A stretch of 56,692 bases of DNA from Reclinomonas americana ATCC 50394 (GCA_048213135.1 PS015065.1:20863-77554); one strand, 5' to 3'. Positions 17,484-30,819 are shown, counted from the first letter of the stretch. Program-made: numbers and translations. The notes: generated by a model not told the origin, from the letters alone.

Positions 17484-18074
17484 GTTTTATATCTCGACGG
17501 ACGCGGGATATCCGACCACGCTCGCTCGCGCCGATTCCGCAGCTGCAGTTTGTCCACATCGTCAACTGCGCAAAGCATTGTCTGTCCAGGCGTAAGTTAA
17601 ACTTCGTCAGCACGGTGGTTTCTCATCGTGAAAGCTGTGCCTGGCTTGACGACTGTGGTTATAGGCTCCGAACTTGCACAGTGTCCTTTGCGGAATGACA
17701 AGGGTTGCCAAAGTCTGCCAGCTTCTGGGGCATGCAGAGCTCGAGCGTTAACGCGTTGCGCATGCGTGAGCCGTTGCCACAAGGGACACGACATGCGCGC
17801 GCGAGAAGCATGTTGTGGACAGGAAAAGTCGTACGCGTGATGCCTAAATAAAATAATGGCGTGTCTGCAAGAGAAACCACGGTTCATGTTTCGTGATATC
17901 TCACTTCCTGGCACTCACTTGATGATGATCAGCGAGATATCCATGATATCCGCTCGCGCCGACTGCATTGTCCGCATTGTCCGCGTCTGTCCACTCATCA
18001 ACACACACACACACGCCTGTGTGAAGAGATTGCTTTGTCGTTTGAATTCGAGAAGAGAGTGTGCTTGTGTTTGT

Positions 18075-18295
18075 ATGCAGGTCGCGTATAGTCAAAAGAG
18101 TCTCCCGCTTGCGGGCATGTTGGTGGTGCGCATGACGGGGCAAGAGGAGAGTGTGAGCTTTGTGCGTGATGTGAATGTGGAGCGCCCGGAGCTGCGCGAT
18201 GCCACTGGCCGGTGAGTGGAGGAGGAATGTGAGAGAAGAGAAAGAGAGAATGAGAGAGAGGAGACAAGTGCAATCACACTTGCATTGTTTTCACA

Positions 18296-18335
<40 letters not shown>

Positions 18336-20902
18336 AATAGAGAGACGAAAGAGAAAGAAAGAGAGCAGGAGAAAGAGAGAGACGAAAGAGAAAGAAAGAG
18401 AGCAGGAGAAAGAGAGAAACACTTTTGATTGAAACTCACACTCTCACGAACTCTCTTTCTCTCGCATACACACACACACACTCTCTCACACACACATACA
18501 CACACAGCTGTCTCTGCTCATTCTTTCTGGGGTGGGAGATGCATTGTATCACTATTTTGTTGTGATTGTCACATTTGAGCATCTCAGTCAGTGGCTCATT
18601 TGTTGTGATTGTGGGGAATGCAGTGTTCTTGCGCGTGGCGGATGCACCGTGGCGATTGCGCTTGCGCATGGCAGCTTCTTGGTCGACGGTCTGCGCCCGT
18701 ATGAGGTGAGGTTTGCGTGGCTTGATTTGGTCTCTCTCTCCTCTTGCTGTATCAGTGTGGCCGTGACGGATCCTTTGTTCTCATTGCTCTCACTCCGTTG
18801 TCGACCATTCGTTCTTCTTCTTCTCCTTTCCCTCTTGCCCTCCTCCCCGTGTTATCTACGCTGTCTCCATAACACGCACATTGACTGAGCCTTTGTTCTA
18901 ATTCCTTGGTCTTCGTTACTTCGTCTCCTTCATCTTCTCCCGCTCCCCTTGCTCAACGCTGTCTCCATCTTTGTCAGATTCGACCACGACTGACCATGCA
19001 TTGTCACTCCTTCGTCTTCGTTACTTAGTCTTCCTTTCTATCTCCTCTCGCTGTGTTGCCTCTTACCCTCCCCTGGGTCAACACTCTCTTCATCTTGTCA
19101 CACCCACACTCTGACTGATCCTTTGTTCTCACTCCTCGCACTCATTTGTCTTCCTTCTCCTGCTGTCTTGTCTGCCCTTGCCCTCTTCCTCAGTCGCCTT
19201 CTCTTCTTCTCCTTTGTCTTCCTTTACTATTGCATTTACGTGTTCTTCTCCCCTCGCTGGTTTGCCTCTTGCGCACCTTCCACTGTCATCCACGCTGTCT
19301 CAATCTTTGTCACATTCGCACTCTCATTGATCCCCTGCTCACTCGTTTGTCTTCCATTTCTTCTGCACCTTCATCTTCTCCTTCCCCTCTTCCTCCCTCT
19401 TGTCCCCCCCTCACCCTGCCCCTTCTCTCACTCCTTCCCCTCTTGCTCTCCTTCCCCTCACCCCTCTCCTTCCCCTCCCCTCCCCCACCCTCCCAGATCG
19501 AAGAATGGCTCGAGTTCGCCAACACCGAGTTCAGCCGCGAGGAGTCGCTGATGATGTCGGCCATTCGCTTCAACCACCAGCTGCAGTTCCGCACCTTTGT
19601 GGGCGGCGATGGCTCGCGTCTCACGCTGTTCGATTTGCTGGTGCTGCAAGTGCTGCGCAGTTGCGTCTTTTTCTTGTCTATGATCGGTGTTCACAACATC
19701 TCACCCGTCACACAAAACGCAGACAACCGCCTCACCATGGGGCTGGTGCGCCGCTTCGGCAACAGCCTGCCGCACTTTGCGCGCTGGTTCGAATCGATCG
19801 ACGCCATGCCGCTGGCCGTCGAGAGTTTCACCAACCTCGTGAAGATGTTGCGTTCTTATCCTCCACTCCCGCTTGTGCCTCGCCTCACCTCTCCTCTTCC
19901 GACAGCCTGAAGGGCCAGGGTGTGGTGCTGAAAAAGTCCGCGGACACCACCACGACGGCCGTGTCGGCTGCGCGTGCCGAGGAGGCTGGCGACGTGTCGC
20001 TGCCGAACGCTGAGATTGGCAAGGTTGTCACGCGTTTCCCCCCAGAGGCCTCTGGCTACATGCACATTGGGCACGCCAAGGCCGCGCTCATCAACAACTA
20101 CTTTGCCAAGAAGTACAAGGGACGCATGATTCTCCGCTTCGACGACACCAATCCCAGCAAGGAGAAGGTGAGGGAGACTATATGTGCGTGTGTGTGTGCT
20201 AAGAGAAAAATGTGAAATGCTCACAACTCTACACGAACAGGGCGAATTCGAGGAGGCCATTCGCGAGGATCTCGGCCGCCTGGAAATCATTCCCGATCAC
20301 ATTTCGCACACCAGCGATCACTTTGAGTTGATTCTTGGTCTGTGCGAGCGTCTGCTGCAGGAGGGCAAGGCCTACGTGGATGCGACGCCGGTGGCCGAGG
20401 TGAGAGGGAGGGAATGGGGTGGTAGAAGATTATGATGTCATTGCTGCCGTGGGATTGGTGTCGATCGTGCCCAGGTTTTCTGAAGTGCGCGCAAGTGTGA
20501 CTAACATGCTCTATCTCTTCCGCAGATGCGTGCCCAGCGCGACGCCGGTATCGAGAACGCCTACCGCTCGCAGCCGGTCGCCGAGAATCTGCGCCTGTGG
20601 ACCGAGATGCAAAAGGCCTCGGAGGAGGTGTGCAATACTGTGCGCGCTTGTGCATCTCGCCTCTCTGCAAGTCACTAACGCACTCCTTCTCGCACACAGG
20701 GTCTCAAGTGCTGCGTGCGCATGAAGATCTCGATGACGGTGCCGAACAAGGCGCTGCGTGATCCTGTGATGTACCGCTGCAACTTGACGCCGCACATGCA
20801 CACGGGCGAGCGCTACAAGGTGTACCCGACCTACGATTTTGCCTGCCCCATTGTCGACTCGTACGAGGGTGTGACGCACGCTCTGCGCACGAGGTGAGCA
20901 GC

Positions 20903-20937
<35 letters not shown>

Positions 20938-22765
20938 GAGTGGGTGAGTGAGAGAGGGAGAGAACGCAAAAGTGTTGCTTTGCGATGGCATCATGCTGAC
21001 GAAGGTCGTGCGCAGCGAGTACTCGGATCGCGACCCGATCTACTACTGGGTCATTGAAGCTCTCGGCATCCGCAAGCCGATTTTGTGGGAGTTCAGGTTT
21101 GTCGATGAGCGGCGATGCGTTCCAACCACCCACATCTCGTCGCTAACGCCCCTGTGAACCACTGCAGCCGCCTGAATTTCGTCCGCACTGTCATGTCGAA
21201 GCGTAAGCTGCAGTGGTTTGTCGACGAGCACATTGTCGACGGCTGGAACGATCCGCGCTTCCCGACTGTCCAGGGTGCGTCATTTGTGTGTGTGTCGCAG
21301 TGTGTTGTTGGTAAGTAGCGACTGACGCGTGTGTGCAAACAGGCCTGCTGCGCCGCGGTCTCACGGTGCCGGCACTCCGCGACTTTGTGCTGGTGGCACA
21401 GGGCGCCTCCAAGGTTTGTCACACAAAAGGTGCATGCCGTGTGTTTTTTCTGTTATGCTCACACTTTCTGCTCTTTGTTGTCGCACAGAACACCAACCTC
21501 ATGCGGTGCGTCCTTAAACCTCGTCTCTTTGAAACTGTTCTCCCGTGCATCGCCTCACCGCTTATCCTCTTGCGCGCAGCTGGGAGAAACTGTGGACCTT
21601 CAACAAGCAGGCCATTGACCCGATTGTGCCGCGTCACACGGCCGTCGCACGCGACGCCAAGGTGGCACTGGTGCTGTCGGATGTCCCGCAGGCCGTGGTC
21701 ATCAAGGACGTGCCGCGCCACAAGAAGAACCCGTCGCTCGGCAACAAGCGCACCGCCTACTGCAACCGTGTGTGGCTCGATCGTGCTGATGCCGACAACC
21801 TGCAGAATGGCGAGGAGGTCACGCTGATGGTGAGTGGATTGAAAGGGAATGGGGTTGGCTGTGCATCCGTGCTGTTTTATTTCTTGCTATTGTTCTTCTT
21901 GTTCGTGTTCTTGTTCCTTCTTCTTCCTCTCCTCCTCCTCACTCTTCTTCTTGTGCCTCATCACCGTAATCTTCTGTTTTTCCCGCCCTCCTCCTCCTCT
22001 TCTGCCTCTTCTTCTTCTTCGTCCTCCTTCTCTCCTCTTCGTCTTCTCCTTCATCTTCTTCTTGTTCTCCTCCCTATTCCTCCACTTTCTGCTTTTCTCC
22101 TTCTCATCTTTCCTCTTCCTCCTTCTCGCCCTCTCCACCTCCTCTTATTGTCCTCCCACTTCCTCCTCACTCTTCTTCTTGTTCCTGATCACCATAATCT
22201 TCTCCTTCTCCTTCCTCTTCTCCTTCCTGTTCCCCACCATCTCATCTCCTCCCTTCCACAGGACTGGGGCAACGCCGTGATCGACCTCATTGTGCGCGAC
22301 GACGCTGGCCAAATCAGCGAGCTGCACGGCCACTTGCACCTGGAGGGCGACGTCAAGATCACCAAGTGGAAGCTGACGTGGCTGGCCGACGTGCCGGATC
22401 TGGTGCCGGCCACCCTCGTCTCCTACGACCACATTATCACGGCCGACAGCATCCCGCCGGATGAGGACTTTGAGAAGTTTGTGAACCGCAACAGCCGCAC
22501 CGAGCTCGCCGCCCTGTGCGACGCCAACACGCGCGAGCTTCGTCACGGCGAGCGCCTGCAGCTCGAACGCCGCGGCTTCTTCATTGTCGATCGCGCCGCG
22601 GGCGAGGGCGGTCTCGTGCTGGTCGAGATCCCCGACGGCCGCCTGGCGAAGGGTGAGGAGGCGCGCCCGTCTGCTGGCTCCGCCGCCGATGCTCGTCCGT
22701 CGCGCAAGGAGCTGAAGCGTCAGGCGCACAAGGCCGGTGAGGGTGGCAAGAAGGTCGGAAAGTGA
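18075..22765 (+). CDS. Cytoplasmic glutamyl-tRNA synthetase (stand-alone, with a likely GST-like N-terminal domain), multi-exon
   Basis: [21 protein letters not shown] (HIGH), [25 protein letters not shown] (KMSKS-type), [29 protein letters not shown] at 22763-22765 with no ProRS fusion. Start codon is tentative. Confidence 0.95.
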
Positions 22766-22871
22766 GAGAAGAGAGATGGAGAGAGAAAGAGAGAATGAAG
22801 TCACATTGTCCGTCGTCGCGTCTACAGTAGTTTTGCTCTCACTCACTCACTCCCACACTCACGCCGACGCG

Positions 22872-23478
22872 ATGGAAAGTGCGCAGCTCCTCTCTGCAGC
22901 GCTGACGCGTGACAAGCAGAATGGAGATGGTTTGTTTGCTGCGAAAGTTCATGTTGACCGAGCTGCATTCTCACTTGTTGCTTCCGCGGCTTCTGCAGGG
23001 CCCAATGGTAACATGGTGACTGTGAGCTCCCTCCCTCTGTGTCGAACCCGGCAGTTGCTCTCATCGTGCCTGTCTTCCACAGATTGGCAAGATTGCAATG
23101 GAGGACCTCTTTGCCGACCGCTGCACTGGCGAGGAAATCCTGTACGCTCTGCGCGAGACGGCGAAGGATCCGCCAAAGCCAGGCGCACCAAGCCACGGTG
23201 CATTCATTGAACACCGTACGTCGTTCTCCTCAGCTGCTCACACACGCGCCTGCTGTCCAGAAGTCGCCATGTGGCACTACAGGCGATGGGCCGCGCAGTC
23301 CGCCATGGAAGTTGCATTGCGCCGCCTCTCCGCACAAGGCGACAGCGACGAAGAGTACGCAGTCGGTGGCGAGGAGCACCTCGGTCCATTTCGTCACACC
23401 ATCGCGCAGCAACACGAGGCACTCGAGTGGCTCGCAACGGAGGAGGAGTGGAACCGCACGCGAAGAAGCTCACCTTGA
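22872..23478 (+). CDS. Small hypothetical protein (about 4 exons)
   Basis: ATG 22872; three GT-AG introns restore a continuous frame MESAQLLS...IGKIAMEDLF...MWHYRRW...SSP*. Confidence 0.55.
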
Positions 23479-23684
23479 CATCCAAAAGGTTTCTGCAGTT
23501 GGTGCTCACTCAATCATGCAGCTGTATTGGCTGGACTTGACAGCTGCTGCTTGTTTGTTGGTGAATGAATGGTTGTTGTTGTTGTTGATGCCACACACCG
23601 AGCAGCAACTGATGCGTTTCTCATCTCATGTAAACAGCAGTGCGAATTGGTTGCCTTTTTGCCCAATCGTCTCTCTCTGTCTCA

Positions 23685-23931
23685 ATGAGCTCTCCTCGTG
23701 ACGCCTTCTTCCAACGCTCCCCTCTGATGCGTGCTGGCTCTGCGCCGTGCATTACACGAGCAGGAGGCGCAGGAGGCGCGAGTGGGAGTGGAGTGCACGC
23801 ACTGTTGGAGGAGGACCCGATGGGGATGTTGCCACCGGCGGCTATGGGTGGAAGAGAGGTGAGAGAGAGGGAGAGGGAGAAGGAGGGAGGGAGAAGGAGA
23901 GAGGAGAGAGAGAGGTGCACACACACATTCG

Positions 23932-23967
<36 letters not shown>

Positions 23968-25165
23968 GTGTGTATGTGTGTTTCTCCCTCACACGCACTC
24001 ACTTACACACACACGCACACATGCACTACTACATTCACTGCATTCATTCGCTCATTCACTCCTCTTGTCTTTTCTCTCTCTCTCTCTCTCTCTCACTCCC
24101 ACTCACACTCACACTTACGATCCCACAGACATTCATCATTGGTGTTGCTGGCGGCACTGCGAGTGGCAAGACGACTGTGTGTCGCAAGGTGCGTCTCTCC
24201 CACCCTCCCACCCTTCCTCTCTCTCTCCTCCACTCAAGAGAGTGCACATACACAGATCATTCAAAAGCTGGCAAACCGACGAGTGGTGATGATCACACTC
24301 GACAACTTCTACAAGCCGCTTTCGGCCGAGGAGCACGAGGCGGCAGTGAATCAGGCGTACAACTTTGATCATCCCGATGGTGAGGGGCGCAGTCTCCTTT
24401 CTCGCCAGCTCGTCTTCCTCTTCTTCTCACCCCCGTGCGCCAGCCTTTGACTGGGAGCTCATCCGGGAGACGCTGTTGACTCTCAAGTCCGGCAAGCCCG
24501 TGTCGTATCCCGAGTATGACTTTGTCACGCACGGCCACAAGAGCGCCATGCATGAGATTCCCGCGTGCGATGTAATCCTCTTCGAAGTCGGGTTGATTGC
24601 CTCTCTTTCGCCTGCTGCGTGTTCTCCGTTTGTGACTTGTGGCGTGTGGCGCGTGCAGGGTATCATGGCGCTGTATGACGAGCAGGTGCGCAACATGATG
24701 GACATGCAGATTTTTGTGGACACGGACCCTGATTTGCGACTGTCGCGAAGAGGTGCGTGTGTACGTATATGCCTTCTCTATCGCTTCCGGTGCCTAAAGT
24801 CGTTGGTACAGTGCGGCGTGACATTTCGGAGCGCGGGCGCGACTTGGAGCAGGTGCTGACGCAGTATGAGAAGACCGTGAAGCCCATGTACGAGACCTAC
24901 GTCGAGCCAGTTGCGTGCTGACCGGCGATCCCACAAGCGCATGGAATTACTAATGCGTGCGTCTGTGTGTGCAGACAAAACGGTACGCCGACATTATCAT
25001 TCCTCGCGGTGGCGACAATGTCAGTTGCGTGACCCCACGATGACCGCAGTTCGCTCTTGGCTGTCGACTGACTCCCTTGCAGTTGCCATCGACTTGATCG
25101 TCAAGCACATCACGCTGCTCTTGCAAGAGTTCGAGCAGGGCAGTCTACGTCGGATGCGTTACTGA
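23685..25165 (+). CDS. Uridine-cytidine kinase, multi-exon
   Basis: FIIGVAGGTASGKTT, DNFYK, YNFDHPDAFD, YDFVTH, ILFEGI, IFVDTD, RDISERGRD, YVEPTKRYADIIIPRGGDN. Confidence 0.93.
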
Positions 25166-25415
25166 GAGAGCAGAGTGAGCAGCGTGGGCAAGTGAAACGA
25201 CGATAGATTTGATACACTGCATGCCTCCGCGATGCACATTCACCGCGTTTCCGTAGCCACCCTTCTGACCCCCAAAACCTGACGTCACCGCAATTGTGTG
25301 CCAAAACTGTATCTGGATTCCCGACACACATTGATTCGAATCTTTGTTGTTGTTGTTGTTGTGAGCGCAGAGCAGAAGGAAGCAAAAGAGAGAGCAGACA
25401 GAAGGAGAGAAGAAG

Positions 25416-26581
25416 ATGCCTCGCGAGATCGTGGAAAGTGAATTCGACGAGTACGTCCGTCGCAATCGACAAGTTGCGTCACACACACTCATCCCGCACA
25501 GCATCTTGTGAGTGCACCACTCACACACACACACAGGGCAAAGGCATTCTTGTGGTGGAGTGGTTTGCTGCTTGGCAGTTGCGTCATCCCCCCCTCTCTT
25601 CACTCCCTGCTGCGTCTCACACACCCTCCAACACACACAGTGAACCGTGTCGGAAGATTGAGAGCTCACTGGTGAGCGAAAACACGCGCCTCTCTCTGTT
25701 GTCGCACACACACAGTCACTCACTCCTCCACAGGATCAACTGAGCCGCGACTTTACCGATGTCACCATTGTCAAGGTGTGTGATCACAGACGCAGCAAGA
25801 GTGATGACACTGACTGATCATTCATTGCACTCTCTCAGATCGACGTGGATCGCTTCCACGACATCTCCGCGCGAAATGGTGTCTCCGCAGTGCCTTGGTG
25901 TGTGTGTTATATGTGGTCTTATGTGCGAGTACAACGATCTGTGTCTGAGTTGTCGCGCGCTCTTCCAGCTTCTTCATCTACCGTCGCGGGCAGAAGGTGC
26001 ATCTGATTCGCGGAGCCAAGGTACGCTGTCGTCGGTTGCTCTATGTCTCTTTCCTGTCGTTGTCTGTTGGCGGGAACTCCGTGTTGGCGAGAGAGATAGT
26101 GCTCGATCTTGCCCTTCTTCGATCTCGCAGACCTTCCAGGTGGTTCTGCGTCTCCTCTTCTCGCTCCTCATCCACCTTGTGGTGCAGCTCGCTTGTCGTT
26201 CATTTTGTCTGCTGTCAACCTCCCTACTCGTCCAGTTTGCGCTGCTGCTCTCCTTCTCTTTTCCGCCCTTCTGTCAATCTCCGAGACCTTCCAGTTGGTT
26301 CTGCGCCTCCTTTCTGTCAACCTTTTCTTTCTCGCTGTTCTTCCGCCTTCGTTGTGTTGCGGCACTCCTCTTGCCATCCACCTTGCCTTTTTGCTGTTGT
26401 TCTCACTTCGTGCTCTCTCTCTCTCTCTCTCTCTCNNNNNNNNNNNNNNNNNNNNNNNNNNNNNNNNNNNNNNNNNNNNNNNNNNNNNNNNNNNNNNNNN
26501 NNNNNNNNNNNNNNNNNNNNNNNNNNNNNNNNNNNNNNNNNNNNNNNNNNNNNNNNNNNNNNNNNNCGTCTCTCTCTCTCT

Positions 26582-26622
<41 letters not shown>

Positions 26623-26647
26623 GTCGTTCGTTCGTTCTTCTCTTCGT

Positions 26648-26694
<47 letters not shown>

Positions 26695-28587
26695 AGGTCG
26701 CCGATCTGGCTCGTGCGATTCGCGCCATTCAACAGCAGGCCGAGCAGCACCAGCCGGAACATCAGTCCAGTTGCGTGACGCATCTCCTTGTCTATGTGGT
26801 TACGTTGCGCAGTAGCTGATTCGTTGTGCAGATGCGCTGACGGAGGACGAGCTGCGGCACATGACGGTGGGTGCACTGAAGGCGCGCTTGCGCCAGCTGG
26901 GAGCACAGCCTGACGAGATCGACGCGTGTGTGGAAAAGCTGCGTTTTCCACGTGCGGTCACACGCAGGGGTGCTGAGTTGCTGACCGTCGACCCGTGTGC
27001 AGGAGCGAGCTTGTGGCTCTCGCAATGCGCTACCAGGCGCGGTCGGCACCGCAGAGGACGTCGGTTCCGCCGCGGTTGCCACGCGGTGTCATGGTCGGTG
27101 AATGGTTTGTCGGCCTGTCGCCTGACGATGAGGGACCGCGTGAGGTGTTTGAGGCACATTTGCGCGCCATGGACTGGTCGTTCACCGACCGACCAGACAA
27201 TAATCACACGGGCAAGAGTGCGTGGCTGTGTTTGTGTGCGTACGCGTGCTGCCTGCGCCGTGTGCTGATTTCACTCTGTGGTGCACAGTTTCTCTCCCGC
27301 GCTCCGCTCTTGCACGAATCAGTGCGTCGCCCGCTCTCGTGTTCTCTCTCTGTCCAGTTGTGTCATGGTGTTGCGGCTGACGTAGTCCCACCCCCTTTTC
27401 TGCAGCACACATGAATGTTCCGTATCCGCTGGCGTTTCAAGTTCGCAATCCCGAGTCGCCAGTGGTCACGCATGCCGGAGCGCCGGAATGGGATGCACCA
27501 GAGGGTGCGGTCGTGCTGCCACACTGGGTACGAAGCGACCGCACAGCTGACGGTGTGGTACACTGGCACTCACGTTGCGTTGCGTCGCGCAGATGATGAG
27601 CAGGCTCCATTTGACGCCCGGTGACGCGGTGCACCTGATGACCGTTCCAGTGCCGCGCGGCAAGCGGGCGCGAATACAGGGGCACACCTCGGCGTACGCC
27701 AAGCTCGGCGTCGACTTTGAGAGTGTGTGCGTTGAGCTCATGCACTGTGCGCTGTAGTTGTCGTGTGCCAGACACATGCTAATCAACGATGACATGCAGG
27801 TTGTCGGCCAAGATGCAGGATTATTTGGTGCTCACTGCCGGTGACCAGCTGGTGCGTGGTTGTGACGCGAAAGTAAGTGTCTTCGAGTGACCGCTGACTC
27901 GTCATCCCTCTCTCTCTCTCCTCTCTTTCCATGCAGGCCATTGATGCTGGTGACGGTGAACTGGTGCCGTTTACAGTGCTGGCAGTGCGTCACATGTGTT
28001 GTTGTCATTTGTGCAGTCGGTGCGCGTGATCTAACAGTGTGGAGCGTTGCAGGTCGAGTCGGAGGAAGGCACAACAGACGTCATTAGTACGCTGGATGTG
28101 GATCTGCATCTGGATATTGCACCGCCGCTGGACACGGTACCGTCGCCGCTGGCAAATCAACCAATCGGTGAGTGCGACGACAGAGCAGCTGCGCGTGCAG
28201 TGAGGGTTTATCGACTTGCGGCTCACTCGCGCATTCACCCGCCAGAGTCACCCATGACTACCGCCGACGGCAGCGAGGACCCCCTGTTCGTCTCCGCCAC
28301 CGGCTTCTCGTTCTTCACGCCGGTCGACGCGCTCTTGCTGCGCCCACCGCAGGACACGAGTGGCACCGATGTCTCCATGTCGGAACCGCCACCCCCGCCC
28401 CCAGACTCGCGATTTGTGGTGAGTTTCTCTTTCTTCCTCGCAGCGGCTAGCTCTTCTGTTCTTTTTTGTTCGTGCGACCCACTCCCGCCGTGGTGCTGGT
28501 TGTGTGCAGCAATTGCCGCGCGGGTTCCAGGCATTTACCGGCACCTCACGAAAGTTGTCGGGATCGCAGCCGGCGGTGACACGATGA
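25416..28587 (+). CDS. Thioredoxin-like (WHEPC) + SAP-like helical + UFD1 domain + C-terminal SHP-box fusion protein, multi-exon
   Basis: Spliced: ILVVEWFAAWHEPCRKI..KIDVD..VSAVPCFFIYRRGQKV..RGA (Trx); MTVGALKARL..CVEKSELV; GKISLPRSAL..YPLAF..THAG..LPHWMM..LTAGD..DIAPPLD (UFD1); GFQAFTGTSRKL (SHP). Confidence 0.75.
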
Positions 28588-28674
28588 TAATAAGAAGGTG
28601 GACGAGGCGAGGAGAGGCAATACATCAATCATCATTGTCAATGTCAATGGAGACAATCGTACATTCATCGTTCC

Positions 28675-30819
28675 CTACTTCCCCTTCACAGGATCCACAT
28701 CAATGCACAGCACAAACTGCCGCACTCGCTTGCGCAGCCGCTCAACGGCTTCCTCCTCCACCTTCGACTTGGTGTTGTTCAAGAGGGCACCGGGCTTCTG
28801 CATTCTCTTGAACACGTGCGTCGGCACCACCCAGTAGAACTTGATCTCCTCCTCGCTGCCCAGCAACGCGCGCACCAGAGGCAGCAAGCCGCTCTGACTC
28901 CTCTCCGTCAGGGCAATGATATCANNNNNNNNNNNNNNNNNNNNNNNNNNNNNNNNNNNNNNNNNNNNNNNNNNNNNNNNNNNNNNNNNNNNNNNNNNNN
29001 NNNNNNNNNNNNNNNNNNNNNNNNNNNNNNNNNNNNNNNNNNNNNNNNNNNNNNNNNNTGCTGGTCATTGGCAGTAATGTTGCACATCATTAGTCCACCG
29101 TCATCCCCGCGTACGATACAGTCGACAGCAGGGAAGTTGGCAACCTTCGGACGCCAGTAAGCACACGCCGAGCCAGCCGCCACCTCCGACACGCTGGAAA
29201 AAAAGATCTGCGTGGGGTCTGCAGCAATTGATGGGATGAGTGCAATAACAACAGGCACGAAGAAATGGAGACGCAACTCAGCGACAGCTCCAACTCGAAC
29301 TCGGTGGATGATGCACCGCCGCCCTCGAACAACTCGCGACACTTGAAGCGCCCACCGGCGGCCTATTCGACGTGAGCATACTCCTCAAACACACGGCCGT
29401 AAATGACCGATGCCGTGGAACCCAGCGGCCGCAGATGCGACAGCAGGAAGTTGGCATCCAGTTCGTTCGAGTTGCGCCACAACTCGAACAGATTCATCGC
29501 TACATAGGAGGAGGCAAAGTCCAGGCCCTCCAGCGTGAAGTCCGTGCGGTTGACCATGAGGTGCACGAGTCGATGGGAAATGGCAGCGCCACCACCGTCC
29601 TCGCGCTCCTCGGCGAGCTCCACAGTCCGCAGAAGGTCCTGTGGCTTGAAGTTCTTGAATGCTGCTTCCAGGCTGTGCTGTTCCTCAGGGCTGGTGTTGG
29701 CGAGCACCAAGCGCGCCGACCCACCCCACTTGGCGTATCGTTGAGACATCTCCTCGTGGCTCTGCTCGGGAAAGGCCACTTGCCGCAGCAGTTCCATCTC
29801 CCCAATACCGTAAGTTGGGAAGTAAATGGGAATACCACGACGCTTGGCAAAGTCACGCCAGAGGAGGCGATTGGGTGCGGTGACGAGGAGCGACATGGTC
29901 ACCTCCTTTGGCTCGTACAGGCTCGGGGTCATGCCATCGACCAAGTAGAGGTCGATGAGGCGCTTCTGCGTCAATGGCCACTCCGTGGTCGATGCCCACA
30001 CGTGCTCACCGATGATGAGATGTGGCTCGTACGCCTTGAGATCGCCATGGCGCAGTAGAATCGTCTTGTTGGCCATCAGCGCTCGGTACAGCACGTACAT
30101 GCCAAATGCAGACTTGGAGCTGCATTACGCACATCCGCGAAAAAGAATGATGAGAATGGCGCCCAGGACCCGCTGTAAGAGACATACTGCAACTCACATG
30201 CCAGGCGTGCCCGTAATGTAGAACTTGTGGCGATTTCGACGAGAGTGCTTGGGATCGAGACCGCCGAGACCGACTGATGTGGAGTAGAGGCGGTCGTAAA
30301 AGTCACGCACAAAGAGAATGGGTGAACCGGTGCCCGGCCACTCCATGCCCTTCTCCAGTTCAATGTAGGTGGTGTTGGTGATGTCGGTCGTCTTGGTGCG
30401 AGTGAACGCAGCGGGGTCGACATGCCAAAGGGTGGCTCGACGCATGGCAGCAATGCGCTCCTCCAGATCATCTACATGGAGAGAGTGAAAGAAAAGGAGG
30501 AATGATGAAGAGAATCGAGGAACGCAGAACAACATCCATGACTCACCGGCGCGAAACGAAACGACACCGACACCTTGCGGCTCACGAATGGACGGCGATG
30601 ATGAGAATGTGCGACTCGCGGTGGTACGACTTGCGGTGGCGCGGCTGCGAGAATCGGAGAAGACGAGTTGAGTGCACAGCGGCGCGCACATTCCTCTCTC
30701 TCCATCTCAAAGAAAGAAAGACACACAAACNNNNNNNNNNNNNNNNNNNNNNNNNNNNNNNNNNNNNNNNNNNNNNNNNNNNNNNNATTGACGAGGAAGC
30801 AATACACTCACCTCGCCAT
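28675..30819 (-). pseudogene. Crinkler/RHS (CR)-type P-loop NTPase + PD-(D/E)XK nuclease gene with one in-frame TAG (29365-29363)
   Basis: LFVRDFY, YITGTPGISKS (Walker A across an intron), YLVDG, KWGGSAR, SHRLVH, FASSYV, GRVFEEYAH, YWRPKVANFPAVD, FYWVVP, RQFVL; frame continues past the stop (AAGGRFKCREL). Confidence 0.75.

Noticed and set aside
19655-19725. Non-canonical TT-AG introns (AG|TTGCG)
   Set aside because: Cutting after the G frameshifts conserved proteins such as uridine kinase and calcineurin; the frame requires GT donors
21830-22261. Long Leu/Phe/Ser-rich hydrophobic insert in the GluRS ORF
   Set aside because: Stop-free CT-rich GT-AG intron; removing it restores VTLMDWGN
29363-29365. 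Possible TAG reassignment (alternative genetic code)
   Set aside because: I saw no in-frame TAG in conserved housekeeping exons, and TAG appears to end the 15366 gene; a single case is better explained locally
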